A stretch of 64,000 bases of DNA from Candidatus Staskawiczbacteria bacterium RIFOXYB1_FULL_37_44 (GCA_001822065.1 MHPJ01000026.1:5281-69280); one strand, 5' to 3'. Numbered from the stretch's first letter, positions 18,953 through 28,485 are shown. Translations and numbers: made by a program. Notes: generated from the sequence alone by a model not told the origin.

Positions 18953-18992
18953 AAATTACGGTTTTTTGCCGAACGGCAAAAAACCGTAATTT
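18953..18992. repeat. family D 40-bp palindrome, inverted relative to the copy at 18291
   Basis: Centre is GCCGAACGGC here versus GCCGTTCGGC at 18291. Confidence 0.9.
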
Positions 18993-19141
18993 ATATAACT
19001 TGGTGCGAATACGTTGGTGTAAAAACTACTGGCTTGCAATAATTAAAATATAGTGTATTATAGGGTAATTAGTAATTAACACTGCTGGCCTGCAGCAGAA
19101 GAGACAAATAAACAGGTGTTTTATTTTGCATTAATACTTAT

Positions 19142-20236
19142 ATGACAAAAGAAAATAATCCGCCAGCTGGCGGAAAAAAAACCGCAGAAGCAATTAATCC
19201 CCTTCAAGTTGGGGCTACTATTGAAGGAAAGGTTGTAGCAAGAGACCGCTCGTCTCTTTTTATTGATTTAGGAATTCACGGAACCGGCATAATTTACGGC
19301 AGAGAATTTTACAGTGTAAAAGATGTAATAAAAAATCTTGATATTGGAGATAAGGTTTTTGCCAAAATTGTTGAGGTTGAAAATGACGAAGGCTATAGAG
19401 AACTTTCATTGAGAGACGCCACAAAAGAAATTAGCTGGCAAAGATTAAAAGAATTAAAAGACAGCGGACAAATTTTGAGTGTAAGAATTACCGGCGTAAA
19501 CAAAGGCGGACTTTTGACGGCCATAGACAATATACAGGCATTTTTGCCTGTATCGCAATTGGCTCCAGAACACTACCCCAGAGTAATTGACGCCGACAAG
19601 CAAAAAATATTAAAAGAATTGCAAAAATTTATCGGCAAAACTTTGGAAGTTAAAATTCTTGATTTGCTTGCTCAAGAAAATAAGTTAATTTTATCTGAAA
19701 AAGCAAAGTCAGAAGAAAAAACAAAAGAAACTCTAAAAAATTATTCCAAAGGCGACACAATTGACGGCGAAATAACCGGCATTGCAGACTTTGGCGCTTT
19801 TATAAAGTTTCCTTTTCCAGCAGAAAATAAAAATGACCAAATTGAAGGCTTAATCCATATATCGGAATTGGACTGGCAATTGGTTGAAAATCCGGCTGAA
19901 GTTGTAAAAGTCGGCGAAACTGTAAAAGCAAAAATAATAGACATAAATAACAATCAAGTTTTCCTTTCCTTAAAAGCGTTAAGAGCAAATCCTTGGGAAG
20001 AAATTGAAAAGCAATACAAAAAAAGCGATGTAATAAAAGGGAAAGTGACTAAATTTTCGGCTTTCGGCGCGTTTGTGGAAATAATGCCAAAGATCAGAAG
20101 CCTATGCCACATTTCCGAATTTGAATCAAAAGAAAAAATGGAAGAACAATTAAAACTTGGCGAAACTTACGATTTTCAAGTTTTGTTAATTGAACCAAAA
20201 GAGCACAGAATGAGCTTAAAATTGGTTGCAAAATAA
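19142..20236 (+). CDS. rpsA: 30S ribosomal protein S1 (short form with several S1 domains)
   Basis: Repeated S1-domain pattern (G..V.G.V......G.FV.L). In-frame CCGCCAGCTGGCGG palindrome at 19160-19173 encodes PPAGG. Confidence 0.75.
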   Translation: MTKENNPPAGGKKTAEAINPLQVGATIEGKVVARDRSSLFIDLGIHGTGIIYGREFYSVKDVIKNLDIGDKVFAKIVEVENDEGYRELSLRDATKEISWQRLKELKDSGQILSVRITGVNKGGLLTAIDNIQAFLPVSQLAPEHYPRVIDADKQKILKELQKFIGKTLEVKILDLLAQENKLILSEKAKSEEKTKETLKNYSKGDTIDGEITGIADFGAFIKFPFPAENKNDQIEGLIHISELDWQLVENPAEVVKVGETVKAKIIDINNNQVFLSLKALRANPWEEIEKQYKKSDVIKGKVTKFSAFGAFVEIMPKIRSLCHISEFESKEKMEEQLKLGETYDFQVLLIEPKEHRMSLKLVAK

Positions 20237-20287
20237 TTACTCAAAATTGCACAAAACAGTTCCCATTCGCGGAGCTGTTTTTTGTTG

Positions 20288-20320
20288 CATTTGACGCCCA
20301 TTTTTACAAGATGTATAATT
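20288..20320 (+). promoter_or_regulatory. sigma70-like promoter (TTGACG, 17 nt spacer, TATAAT) upstream of the 20351 gene
   Basis: Preceded by a terminator hairpin plus T-run at about 20255-20283. Confidence 0.5.
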
Positions 20321-20350
20321 AATGAATTTAAAAAATAATTTTACAAAATT

Positions 20351-22495
20351 ATGGCAGAGCCAGGAGAAAAATCAAAGTCAGCCGAGGAATACGCCGAAGA
20401 ATTAACAAAGGCTATTTTTGGATCTGATGCAACTCCAACTACTGAATCAACCCCGGCTCCAACCACAGAGCCAGCACCCGTTGCAACTGCAGAACCTGCG
20501 ACCATCGCTGTGCCGCCGGTAATTGAAACAAAATCGACAGGGCCCGAAGTGCAGCCGACTGAAGATCCTATCACGAAAGCGATAAGAGAAAATAAAGAAC
20601 GAATAATAAAAGATCGGGAAGAAAGAGCCACTGCCGCAGCAGCGGCAAAAGTAAAACCGGCGATTACGCCTTCGCCGGTACTGGTAAAGCCTGCTGATGG
20701 AATTATTTCTGCTGAAGATCGAAAAAAAATTGCTAAAGACGAGGCAGAAAGGAAGGCGAAAAAAGCAACAAAAACTCCACCAACTACTGAGGCAAAACCA
20801 GAGACCACTCCCCCAACTCCAGACACTGCTCCGAAACCAGTTTCAACCACAGAACTCGCCGAGCCTGCGCCAGCAGAAGCTGAAACAACAATATCTGAAA
20901 GTCCGGCGGAAAAATATTTGAAAGAAAAACAAAAGACGCTTTATGAAAAGCTTACAAATGAAGCAAGGCTGGAAAAACCTTTATGGGAAGCCGGAGCAAA
21001 AATCTTAGATGCCGATATAGACCAAAAGCATGAAGAATTTTTGCTAAAATGGTTTAATGACAACAAAAATAGTCCGGAAATCCAAAGATTTGGCATTACT
21101 GAAAACATTTCCGATGCGCAAAAAAGAAAAATTGCCATTGATAACGGTGCATTTACAAAGCTAATTTCAGATGAAAAATATGCAAAAGAATTTCAGGAAA
21201 TTGAAAACCTAAGCAATTTAAGGCTGGATTTTAATTCTGAAAATGTTTCGCTTGCAAGCCAGTTTTTAATGCTTAATCATTTAGAGCAAAAACAAAACCA
21301 AACAGAAGAATTTTTGAAAATCAGACTTGAATTGGCTAAAAAGGCAACAGGAATTGATATTGAAGCTACGGCTGAAAAAGAACTATCGGGTCCTGATTTT
21401 CAAACAAAAGAAAATTATGTTGATACGCAGACTGCAGGATTAGCGCAAAAAATAAATTCTGAAAGGAACAAAGAATTGGTGGACATTGAGTGGCACGAAT
21501 ATATGAGCATGGGAGAAAAAGAAAGGAGAGAATATTGCAGTGAATTGGGGTGGAGGCTGGAAATTCCCCGGAAAGTGTTTGACAAGCTTTCAAAAAATAA
21601 AAACTACACGCCAGAACAGGCAGACGAGGCATTTCAAAATTATAACCGCGAAATGTTTGGTAAAGCAATAACCATGATTGCTGCAAAAAATGGCATAGAG
21701 GGGCAGGCTTTTTACGGACTTTTAGAACAAGGATATAAACCGCACGAAGCTAAAAGTAAATTTTCTCTTTTTAAAATTTTTACAATGAAAATGTCGTGGA
21801 CAGAAATACCCAACAAGGGCGGGTCTGTTTATGCCAGCGATGGAACAAAAGAAGGTTTTGCCAGTTTTCTGAAGAAAACAGGAGAAGATTATGGAAAAAG
21901 TTTTTCGGCAAAGGCAAAAGAAGAACTAGAAAATGAGTGGCAAAATAATTATGATTTAAAAAAGTCAGAGAGAATAATGGCAATGCTTTCGCAAACTACT
22001 GAAAATGCCAAAAAACACATTGTAGAAAATTATGAAGCAATAAAAAACAGGCTTATTGAAGAGGCAGAAACAAAAAGGGTAAAGTCAAAAACAGAAAAAG
22101 AACTAAAAGAAATAGAGAAAGAATTTGGCGATGACGGCAAGGCAAAAAAGCCGGAGAAAAGAAAAACCATGTTTGAAAGTTTTTCAGAACTTGCCGGCGA
22201 TGCCTTAAAAGATGATGACGGGAACAGAAAAGGAGGATTAGAAAAACTTACAGGAGAGCTGAAAGATGACGCAGATATTTTAAGCGATTACTTTAATAAA
22301 AAGTTGGGAGTTAAAGAGATGACTTCTGCTAAATTAAAACAACTACTAAAAGAAAAAGCAATACCCGAGGACGATTATAAAGAAAAATGGAATGATGATT
22401 ATGGATTACTTGATTGGTTTACCGGAGTAATGGTAGACAGATTATGGGAAGCAAAACCAAAAAAGAAAAAACCTGTAAAAGCTAAAACTAAATAA
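20351..22495 (+). CDS. large hypothetical protein with a Pro/Thr/Ala-rich N-terminal region and a KE-rich body
   Basis: 714-aa ORF; low complexity; no recognisable domain. Confidence 0.5.
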   Translation: MAEPGEKSKSAEEYAEELTKAIFGSDATPTTESTPAPTTEPAPVATAEPATIAVPPVIETKSTGPEVQPTEDPITKAIRENKERIIKDREERATAAAAAKVKPAITPSPVLVKPADGIISAEDRKKIAKDEAERKAKKATKTPPTTEAKPETTPPTPDTAPKPVSTTELAEPAPAEAETTISESPAEKYLKEKQKTLYEKLTNEARLEKPLWEAGAKILDADIDQKHEEFLLKWFNDNKNSPEIQRFGITENISDAQKRKIAIDNGAFTKLISDEKYAKEFQEIENLSNLRLDFNSENVSLASQFLMLNHLEQKQNQTEEFLKIRLELAKKATGIDIEATAEKELSGPDFQTKENYVDTQTAGLAQKINSERNKELVDIEWHEYMSMGEKERREYCSELGWRLEIPRKVFDKLSKNKNYTPEQADEAFQNYNREMFGKAITMIAAKNGIEGQAFYGLLEQGYKPHEAKSKFSLFKIFTMKMSWTEIPNKGGSVYASDGTKEGFASFLKKTGEDYGKSFSAKAKEELENEWQNNYDLKKSERIMAMLSQTTENAKKHIVENYEAIKNRLIEEAETKRVKSKTEKELKEIEKEFGDDGKAKKPEKRKTMFESFSELAGDALKDDDGNRKGGLEKLTGELKDDADILSDYFNKKLGVKEMTSAKLKQLLKEKAIPEDDYKEKWNDDYGLLDWFTGVMVDRLWEAKPKKKKPVKAKTK

Positions 22496-22500
22496 AATTT

Positions 22501-22713
22501 ATGGCAAAATCTTTTTTATCAAATAAAAATTTTCAGGAATTTATTTCCAAGCTAAATATAAGCGAGGCAGATAAAAATATTTTAACTTCCAAAGTCCCCC
22601 AAATGGATAAAGAAGAACGTTTACAAATTTTGGAAGTTTTAAAAAATATCTATTTATTAGATCTGGAACAAACGCAAGCTTTGGAGAAAATCCAAAAAAA
22701 TTGGCAAGATTAA
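22501..22713 (+). CDS. hypothetical small protein
   Basis: 70-aa ORF immediately downstream of, and co-directional with, the 20351 gene. Confidence 0.3.
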   Translation: MAKSFLSNKNFQEFISKLNISEADKNILTSKVPQMDKEERLQILEVLKNIYLLDLEQTQALEKIQKNWQD

Positions 22714-22758
22714 ATTAAAAGAGTATAATTAAATAATTATTAAATTATTTTTAAAATT

Positions 22759-23922
22759 ATGGAAGGAGAACCTCAGCCAAATGAAGAAGCGCCCCAACAA
22801 GAAAATAGCGAAGCCGGAAAAAAATTAATTGATGTGGGAATAAGTCCTAGCCAAATTGAACAAATAAAAATACCTGGTACTGCTGTTGCGCCAACTGAAA
22901 TACCCGCAGAAGATCCGCCGCCGCTTCCACAGGAAAAAGAGCAAGCGAGCATAGAGCAAGAACCACCTCCATTGCCTGAACAAGCTAAAGCTGTTCAGGA
23001 ACTATCGCCTGAAGAAAAAGCAGAAAAGGCTGAAAATGCAAAAAATGAATTAATGAGTTGGACAAAAAAGTTAGAAGGCATAGAAGTAATGAATGACCAT
23101 GAAAAAGAACGTAAATTAATTAATCATCCAAAATTACCGGAAGTTTTTAAAACTGCTACTGGAAGGGAATTAAAACCGGAAGTAAGAACTGTGGCAGAAG
23201 CAAGTGTTAAGGAAGAAAAAGTTAAAGATTTTTTGGCTGAAGAGCATAAAGAAGAAAAAATGAATGCAAGAATAGGCAAGGCAATTGAAAAAAGGAGCGA
23301 TTCAATTTTAGAGCAAAAAAGAGGAGAAAAAACGCCGGAAGATTTTAAAACAGTAATTGATAATAAAATGAAGGAGCTGTTTGAAGCAGGCATATCAATT
23401 GAAAAATCAATTTTTTGCGAGTTAATGAATCAAGGGTACAAAATGGAAGACGCGCAAATTAAAAAAGGCGTGTTTCGCGGGGTAAAAGGAATATCTGTTG
23501 TGAAGACGTCTTTAGATGGAGTTCCGCAAAAAAATGAAAAACCAGTATTTATTGATCTTAAAAAAATTAGCGAAATACTTTTGCAGGCGGTAACAGATTT
23601 AACAACCGAAGGCGGAAGATTAGCAGAGGTTGAATTACAAGCAATAGTAAATAAAGGAAAAGAAAGGTGGAAACAAGAAAAGCATGAAGCTATAAAACAA
23701 GTAGTAAGAACCGAGGTTACAAAAATTACAACGGAAAGGCAACAAACTATTGAGACAGAAAAATTAAGAGTAGAGGCTCAACAAAAAGAAAAAGAAGCAA
23801 TTGCTCAAGCCAAAGCTGAAAAAAGTGCAAAGCGAAAGAAAAAAATGACACGAAATCCTGCCATGCCTGCAAAGAAAAAACTTGCTACATCCAAATCAGT
23901 AAGAAAAAAAGTGAAAGCCTAA
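22759..23922 (+). CDS. hypothetical KE-rich protein
   Basis: 387-aa ORF followed by terminator-like hairpin plus T-run at about 23935-23966. Confidence 0.45.
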   Translation: MEGEPQPNEEAPQQENSEAGKKLIDVGISPSQIEQIKIPGTAVAPTEIPAEDPPPLPQEKEQASIEQEPPPLPEQAKAVQELSPEEKAEKAENAKNELMSWTKKLEGIEVMNDHEKERKLINHPKLPEVFKTATGRELKPEVRTVAEASVKEEKVKDFLAEEHKEEKMNARIGKAIEKRSDSILEQKRGEKTPEDFKTVIDNKMKELFEAGISIEKSIFCELMNQGYKMEDAQIKKGVFRGVKGISVVKTSLDGVPQKNEKPVFIDLKKISEILLQAVTDLTTEGGRLAEVELQAIVNKGKERWKQEKHEAIKQVVRTEVTKITTERQQTIETEKLRVEAQQKEKEAIAQAKAEKSAKRKKKMTRNPAMPAKKKLATSKSVRKKVKA

Positions 23923-23967
23923 AAATAACTTCGCAAAAAACAGCTCTGAAAACGGGCTGTTTTTTAG

Positions 23968-24041
23968 TGTCATTCCCGCGGACGCGGGAATCCAGATTAA
24001 ATTAAAGTACTCTGGATCCCCATTTCCATGGGGATGACAAG
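23968..24041. repeat. family A (inverted orientation, GTCATTCCCGCGGACGCGGGAATCCAG) plus variant (CTGGATCCCCATTTCCATGGGGATGACA)
   Basis: Intergenic, downstream of uvrB. Confidence 0.85.
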
Positions 24042-24048
24042 TATAAAA

Positions 24049-26013
24049 TTATTTTAGTTTAGAAATTAGGTCGCGGAGTTCGACCGCTCTTTCAAAGTCT
24101 AAATTTTTAGCGGCAATTTTCATTTCTTTTTCTAAAAGTTTTTTATCGTGAACTAATTCAAATTCCGAAACAACATCTTCTTTTTTTGAAAATCCCCACT
24201 CTCTAATATCTGAAACAATTGTTTTTGGAATTATTTTATTTTTTTTATTGTAAGCTTCTTGAATTTTTCTGCGCCGGTTAATTTCGCTAATAGCAGATTG
24301 CATAGACATTGTTGTTTTATCTGCGTACAAAATTACTCTGCCTTGCAAATGCCTGGCAGCCCGGCCCATTGTTTGAATTAGGGTTGTTTTGTTGCGTAAA
24401 AAGCCTTCTTTATCCGCATCCAAAATTGCAACCAAGGAAACTTCGGGCAAGTCAATCCCCTCTCTTAATAAATTTATTCCAACCAGCACATCAAATTCTC
24501 CCTGCCTTAGTTTTTTTAAAATTTCCGGTCTTTCCATTGTTTTAATTTCAGAATGCAAATATTGGGTTTTAATTTTATGCTCTGTTAAATAATCTGCAAT
24601 TTCTTCGGACAATCTTTTGGTAAGCGTTACAACCAGTACACGATGTTTTTTTGAAATTTCTTTCTTAATCTCTTCTATTAAATCTTTAATCTGATTTTCT
24701 GTTTTTTTTATTTCAATAGACGGCTCTAACAATCCGGTTGGCCGGATTAATTGTTCTATAATATTTTTACCGGTTTTTTGCTTCTCAAAGTCGGCCGGAG
24801 TTGCAGAAACATAAATTGTTTGTTTTTGTCTTTTCTCAAATTCTGTAAAAGTTAAGGGTCGGTTGTCCACCGCAGAAGGCAGGCGAAATCCAAAATTAAT
24901 TAAAGTTTCTTTTCTTATTCTGTCTTGCGCAGACATTGCCCTAATTTGCGAAACAGAAATATGCGATTCATCAATAAACATCAAAGAGCCGTCCTTATTA
25001 AAATAACTGAAATAATCAACCAATGAAAACGGGGCGCTTCCCGGTTTTCTAAATTCCAAATGGCTGGAATAGTTTTCAATGCCGTGGCAAGAGCCAGTTT
25101 CTTTTAAAAGCTCTAAATCATAATTTGTTCTTTGCTCTAACCTTTCTGCTTCTAATAATTTTTTTTCTTTATTTAAAACTGCCAATCTTTCCTGCAGTTC
25201 TAATTTTATATTTTCAATTGCAATATTTATTTTACTTTGCGGAGCAACCCAAAAGGTGGCTGGGAATAGTTTGTAGTTTGCAATTGGTGTCATTGCGAGC
25301 GAGCCCGCAGGTCGAAGATCCTGTAAGGGCGAGCGTGGCAATCCAGAGTGTAACGAATAGATACTGTCTCCCTCAAATTCAACGCGTAATATTTTTTCTC
25401 CGGTAACAATATAAATTTCAATAATATCTCCCCTAACGCGAAAAGTTCCGGGCTTGAATTCTATATCATTTCTTTGGTATTGCAGGTTTGTTAAAAGCAA
25501 AATAAAATCTTTACGTTTTATTTTTTGTCCAATTTTTATTTCTAAAGAGACATTTTCATAATTTTCAGGCGAGCCAATGTTATATATGCACGAAACCGAA
25601 GCAACCACAATTACATCTTTTCTTTGCGTTACATCTTGCACGGCAGCGTGGCGTAGCCTGTCAATTTCTTCGTTTATTTTTGCGTCTTTTTCTATATATG
25701 TGTCGCTTTGCGGAATATAGGCTTCGGGCTGGTAATAATCGTAATAAGAAACAAAATAATGCACTGCATTGTTTGGGAAAAATTCTTTAAATTCTTGATA
25801 TAGTTGGGCGGCCAAAGTTTTGTTTGGGGATATTACAAGTGTTGGCTTGTTTATTTTTTCAATTACATTTGCCATTGTCATTGTTTTTCCAGATCCGGTA
25901 ACTCCCAAAAGCACTTGGTCTTTTACTCCCAATTTTAAATTTTCAGACAGCTGTTTTATTGCCCGCGGTTGATCTCCTGCCGGTTTGAATTTTGATTTTA
26001 GTTCAAACTTCAT
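24049..26013 (-). CDS. uvrB: excinuclease ABC subunit B (start trimmed to MKFELKSKFKPAGDQP)
   Basis: PAGDQP, GVTGSGKT and helicase motifs. The listed 35-aa N-terminal extension is read-through of repeat elements. Internal in-frame family B insert at 25288-25348. Confidence 0.9.
   Translation of the reverse strand: MKFELKSKFKPAGDQPRAIKQLSENLKLGVKDQVLLGVTGSGKTMTMANVIEKINKPTLVISPNKTLAAQLYQEFKEFFPNNAVHYFVSYYDYYQPEAYIPQSDTYIEKDAKINEEIDRLRHAAVQDVTQRKDVIVVASVSCIYNIGSPENYENVSLEIKIGQKIKRKDFILLLTNLQYQRNDIEFKPGTFRVRGDIIEIYIVTGEKILRVEFEGDSIYSLHSGLPRSPLQDLRPAGSLAMTPIANYKLFPATFWVAPQSKINIAIENIKLELQERLAVLNKEKKLLEAERLEQRTNYDLELLKETGSCHGIENYSSHLEFRKPGSAPFSLVDYFSYFNKDGSLMFIDESHISVSQIRAMSAQDRIRKETLINFGFRLPSAVDNRPLTFTEFEKRQKQTIYVSATPADFEKQKTGKNIIEQLIRPTGLLEPSIEIKKTENQIKDLIEEIKKEISKKHRVLVVTLTKRLSEEIADYLTEHKIKTQYLHSEIKTMERPEILKKLRQGEFDVLVGINLLREGIDLPEVSLVAILDADKEGFLRNKTTLIQTMGRAARHLQGRVILYADKTTMSMQSAISEINRRRKIQEAYNKKNKIIPKTIVSDIREWGFSKKEDVVSEFELVHDKKLLEKEMKIAAKNLDFERAVELRDLISKLK
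25288..25348. repeat. family B half-element in frame in uvrB (encodes LHSGLPRSPLQDLRPAGSLAMT)
   Basis: TGTCATTGCGAGCGAGCCCGCAGG...GCGTGGCAATCCAGAGTG. Confidence 0.85.
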
Positions 26014-26034
26014 GTTAAAGTAATTATAACACAC

Positions 26035-26117
26035 TGTCATTGCGAGGAGCCCGCAGGCGACGTGGCAATCTAGAGTATGTGATAAAACTCTGGATTCCCG
26101 CTTTCGCGGGAATGACA
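26035..26117. repeat. composite family B half plus family A element filling the uvrB-ruvA divergent intergenic region
   Basis: TGTCATTGCGAGGAGCCCGCAGGCGACGTGGCAATCTAGAGT ... CTCTGGATTCCCGCTTTCGCGGGAATGACACC. Confidence 0.9.
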
Positions 26118-26126
26118 CCTAAAAAT

Positions 26127-26687
26127 ATGATAGCATTTTTGGAGGGTAAAATTATATTAAAAAAAGATAAGTTTATTATTTTAGAAACAAATGGCGTTGG
26201 CTATAAAGTTTTTTTGAACCGCCAAACCTTATTAAAACTACCAGAAATTGGCCAAGTTATCAAGGTTTTTTGTTTTCATAATATTAAAGAGGACGTCTCT
26301 GATTTATACGGATTTTTAAGCTACGACGAGCTTGAATTTTTTGAAATTTTAAATGACATACATGGAGTAGGGCCAAAAGCTGCTTTAGAAATTTCTGTGC
26401 TTGGACCTTTAGAAAAAATAAAAGACAAAATTTTATCCCAGGATGAAAAACTATTTGCAGGCATTCCGGGCATTGGAGCCAAGCGCGCATCTTCTATTAT
26501 ATTAGAACTTACCGGTAAAATTATGGCTTCTCCCGCCAGAGCCAAGGGTCCAGTTGATGATGCCGAAGACACTTTAGTTGCTCTTGGTTTTTCGCACCAG
26601 CAAGCCAAATCCGCATTAGAAAGCATACCCCACGACATCCCGCCCGAATCCCGCGTCAAACAAGCCTTAAAATTTTTAGGAAAATAA
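26127..26687 (+). CDS. ruvA: Holliday junction branch migration protein RuvA (start trimmed to MIAFLEGK)
   Basis: OB domain, HhH motifs (IPGIGAKRA), C-terminal domain; upstream extension is repeat-derived. Confidence 0.8.
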   Translation: MIAFLEGKIILKKDKFIILETNGVGYKVFLNRQTLLKLPEIGQVIKVFCFHNIKEDVSDLYGFLSYDELEFFEILNDIHGVGPKAALEISVLGPLEKIKDKILSQDEKLFAGIPGIGAKRASSIILELTGKIMASPARAKGPVDDAEDTLVALGFSHQQAKSALESIPHDIPPESRVKQALKFLGK

Positions 26688-26771
26688 GAGTCTTTACAAA
26701 GAAAAAATAAGGTGATAATGTAACAAAACCTCTTTAAGAAGCGGTTTTGTTTTTTCTGGTTCTTTCACAAT

Positions 26772-27062
26772 TTGGAGGGCTTTAGGGTAATGGAGACTAA
26801 TTTACTTGTTGAAGGCAGGATGGCAAACGGGAAAAGAGAAATTCATGTTTCCTTCTGCCACAAAAGAGCAGATAAAGAAATTATCATCTCTCACGACGAT
26901 AATTTCCGACCCCTCTATGCAATTATCAGTGAAGTTTTAATTCCCATGCTTATGAAAGAGTATAAATTGGAAAAAGCTGAAGCAACAAAGCTAATTAACA
27001 AAGGTTTAAATTGTTGCGGGCTTTCTGAACTTAACGTGCCCAATGTGGCAAGAGTTTGTTAA
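26772..27062 (+). CDS. hypothetical small protein
   Basis: 96-aa ORF with no recognisable domain. Confidence 0.3.
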   Translation: MEGFRVMETNLLVEGRMANGKREIHVSFCHKRADKEIIISHDDNFRPLYAIISEVLIPMLMKEYKLEKAEATKLINKGLNCCGLSELNVPNVARVC

Positions 27063-27137
27063 ACTTTGGGCGTTTTGTCCCGTCATTGGCGGGGCTTTTT
27101 TTTACGCAAAATATGTGATATTATTTGTATAGTTTCT

Positions 27138-27226
27138 GTCATTGCGAGGAACAAAGTGACGAAGCAATCTATAGTAAAAGTATAAATTCTGGATTGCCAC
27201 GCTCGCTTCGCTCGCTCGCAATGACA
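27138..27226. repeat. family B full element (long inverted repeat) upstream of murE
   Basis: TGTCATTGCGAGGAACAAAGTGACGAAGCAATC ... TCTGGATTGCCACGCTCGCTTCGCTCGCTCGCAATGACA. Confidence 0.85.
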
Positions 27227-27235
27227 CCAGAGGGT

Positions 27236-28474
27236 ATGATAATTAAAAGTTTAGTTAAAAAAATAATAGGAAAAAATTTGTTGAGCCTTTATCATTTTAA
27301 GCTGGCTTTGCTGGGAGCTTTTTTATTTGGTTTTCCAGGGTATAGTAAAAATTTTAAAATTATTGGAGTTACCGGAACCAGCGGGAAATCAACAACATGT
27401 GATTTAATTGTGCGAATTTTGGAAGAAAATGGAGAAAAGGTTGCCTCTGTCTCAACAATACGGTTTAAAATTGGAGAAAAAGAATGGGAAAATAAATATA
27501 AAATGACTATGCCCGGCCGTTTTGTAATTCAAAAATTTTTAAGCCAAGCAAAAAATGCCGGATGTAAATTTATTGTTTTAGAAGTTACTTCAGAGGGCAT
27601 AAGGCAATTTAGGCACAAGTTTATAAATTTTGATACAGCGGTTTTTACAAATTTAAGTCCGGAGCATATTGAGTCTCACGGCGGGTTTGAAAATTACAGA
27701 AATGAAAAATTAAAGTTATTTAAAATAACAAAAAATATTCATATAATAAACGCCGATGATAAAAACTCAAAGTATTTTTTAGATATTCCTGCAAAAAAGA
27801 AAATCAGTTTTAGTTTTAAAGATGCAGAAAATTACGACTTTAAATTAAATTTAATTGGCGATTTTAATATTTTAAATGCTTTGACCGCAATTTCTGTTGC
27901 CAGAGCTTATGGCATTAATTTTGAAGTTTGTAAAAAAGCGCTTGAAAAAGCAAAAGGAATTCCAGGCAGAATGGAAGTTATTTCAAATCCGCCAGCTGGC
28001 GGACCAAAAGTTATTGTTGACTACGCTCATACGCCAGAGCAACTTGAAGCCGTTTATAAGGCTCTGGATTCCCGCTTTCGCGGGAATGACACGGGCAGGC
28101 TTATTTGTGTTTTAGGAAGTTGCGGCGGAGGCAGAGACAAATGGAAAAGACCGGTTTTGGGAAAAATTGCAGAAAAATATTGCAAGGAAATAATTATTAC
28201 AAACGAAGATCCATATGACGAAAATCCAAATTCGATTATGGACGAAATCGAATCTGGATTTTTAAAAACTCGAAATTCGAAATTCGAAATTCGAAATTAT
28301 GAGAAAATTTTAGACAGAAAAGAGGCAATAAAAAAAGCAATTAATATTGCAAAACAAGGGGAAACTGTTATAATCACGGGCAAAGGGTCAGAGCCTTGGA
28401 TGTGCATTAAAAATGGAAAAAAAATACCATGGAGCGACAAGCAAATCGCAAAAGACGCGCTAAATAAAATTTAA
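27236..28474 (+). CDS. murE: Mur ligase family protein, MurE-like (start trimmed to MIIKSL)
   Basis: GVTGTSGKSTT P-loop, DYAHTPEQLEAV and a C-terminal Mur ligase domain. Three in-frame inserts: CCGCCAGCTGGCGG at 27989-28002, family A at 28064-28092 (LDSRFRGND), heptamers at 28269-28298 (RNSKFEIRN). Confidence 0.65.
   Translation: MIIKSLVKKIIGKNLLSLYHFKLALLGAFLFGFPGYSKNFKIIGVTGTSGKSTTCDLIVRILEENGEKVASVSTIRFKIGEKEWENKYKMTMPGRFVIQKFLSQAKNAGCKFIVLEVTSEGIRQFRHKFINFDTAVFTNLSPEHIESHGGFENYRNEKLKLFKITKNIHIINADDKNSKYFLDIPAKKKISFSFKDAENYDFKLNLIGDFNILNALTAISVARAYGINFEVCKKALEKAKGIPGRMEVISNPPAGGPKVIVDYAHTPEQLEAVYKALDSRFRGNDTGRLICVLGSCGGGRDKWKRPVLGKIAEKYCKEIIITNEDPYDENPNSIMDEIESGFLKTRNSKFEIRNYEKILDRKEAIKKAINIAKQGETVIITGKGSEPWMCIKNGKKIPWSDKQIAKDALNKI
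28064..28092. repeat. family A element in frame in murE
   Basis: CTGGATTCCCGCTTTCGCGGGAATGACAC. Confidence 0.9.
28269..28298. repeat. four tandem TCGAAAT heptamers in frame in murE
   Basis: CTCGAAATTCGAAATTCGAAATTCGAAATT. Confidence 0.85.
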
Positions 28475-28485
28475 AAATAAAATTT

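Noticed and set aside
20341-20850. 169-aa minus-strand ORF (Gly/Ala/Ser/Val-rich)
   Set aside because: Lies fully antisense inside the Pro/Thr/Ala-rich region of the 20351 gene, and its low-complexity composition mirrors the sense strand. Likely spurious.
26014-26118. Long N-terminal extensions of uvrB (to 26118), ruvA (from 26040), murE (from 27125), pnp (from 57580) and the 16513-17076 ORF
   Set aside because: The extensions are translations of repeat elements and lack homology to the respective families. Internal Met codons matching the conserved N-termini (MKFELKSKFKPAGDQP, MIAFLEGK, MIIKSL, MIKDTF, MKFKEF) were preferred.
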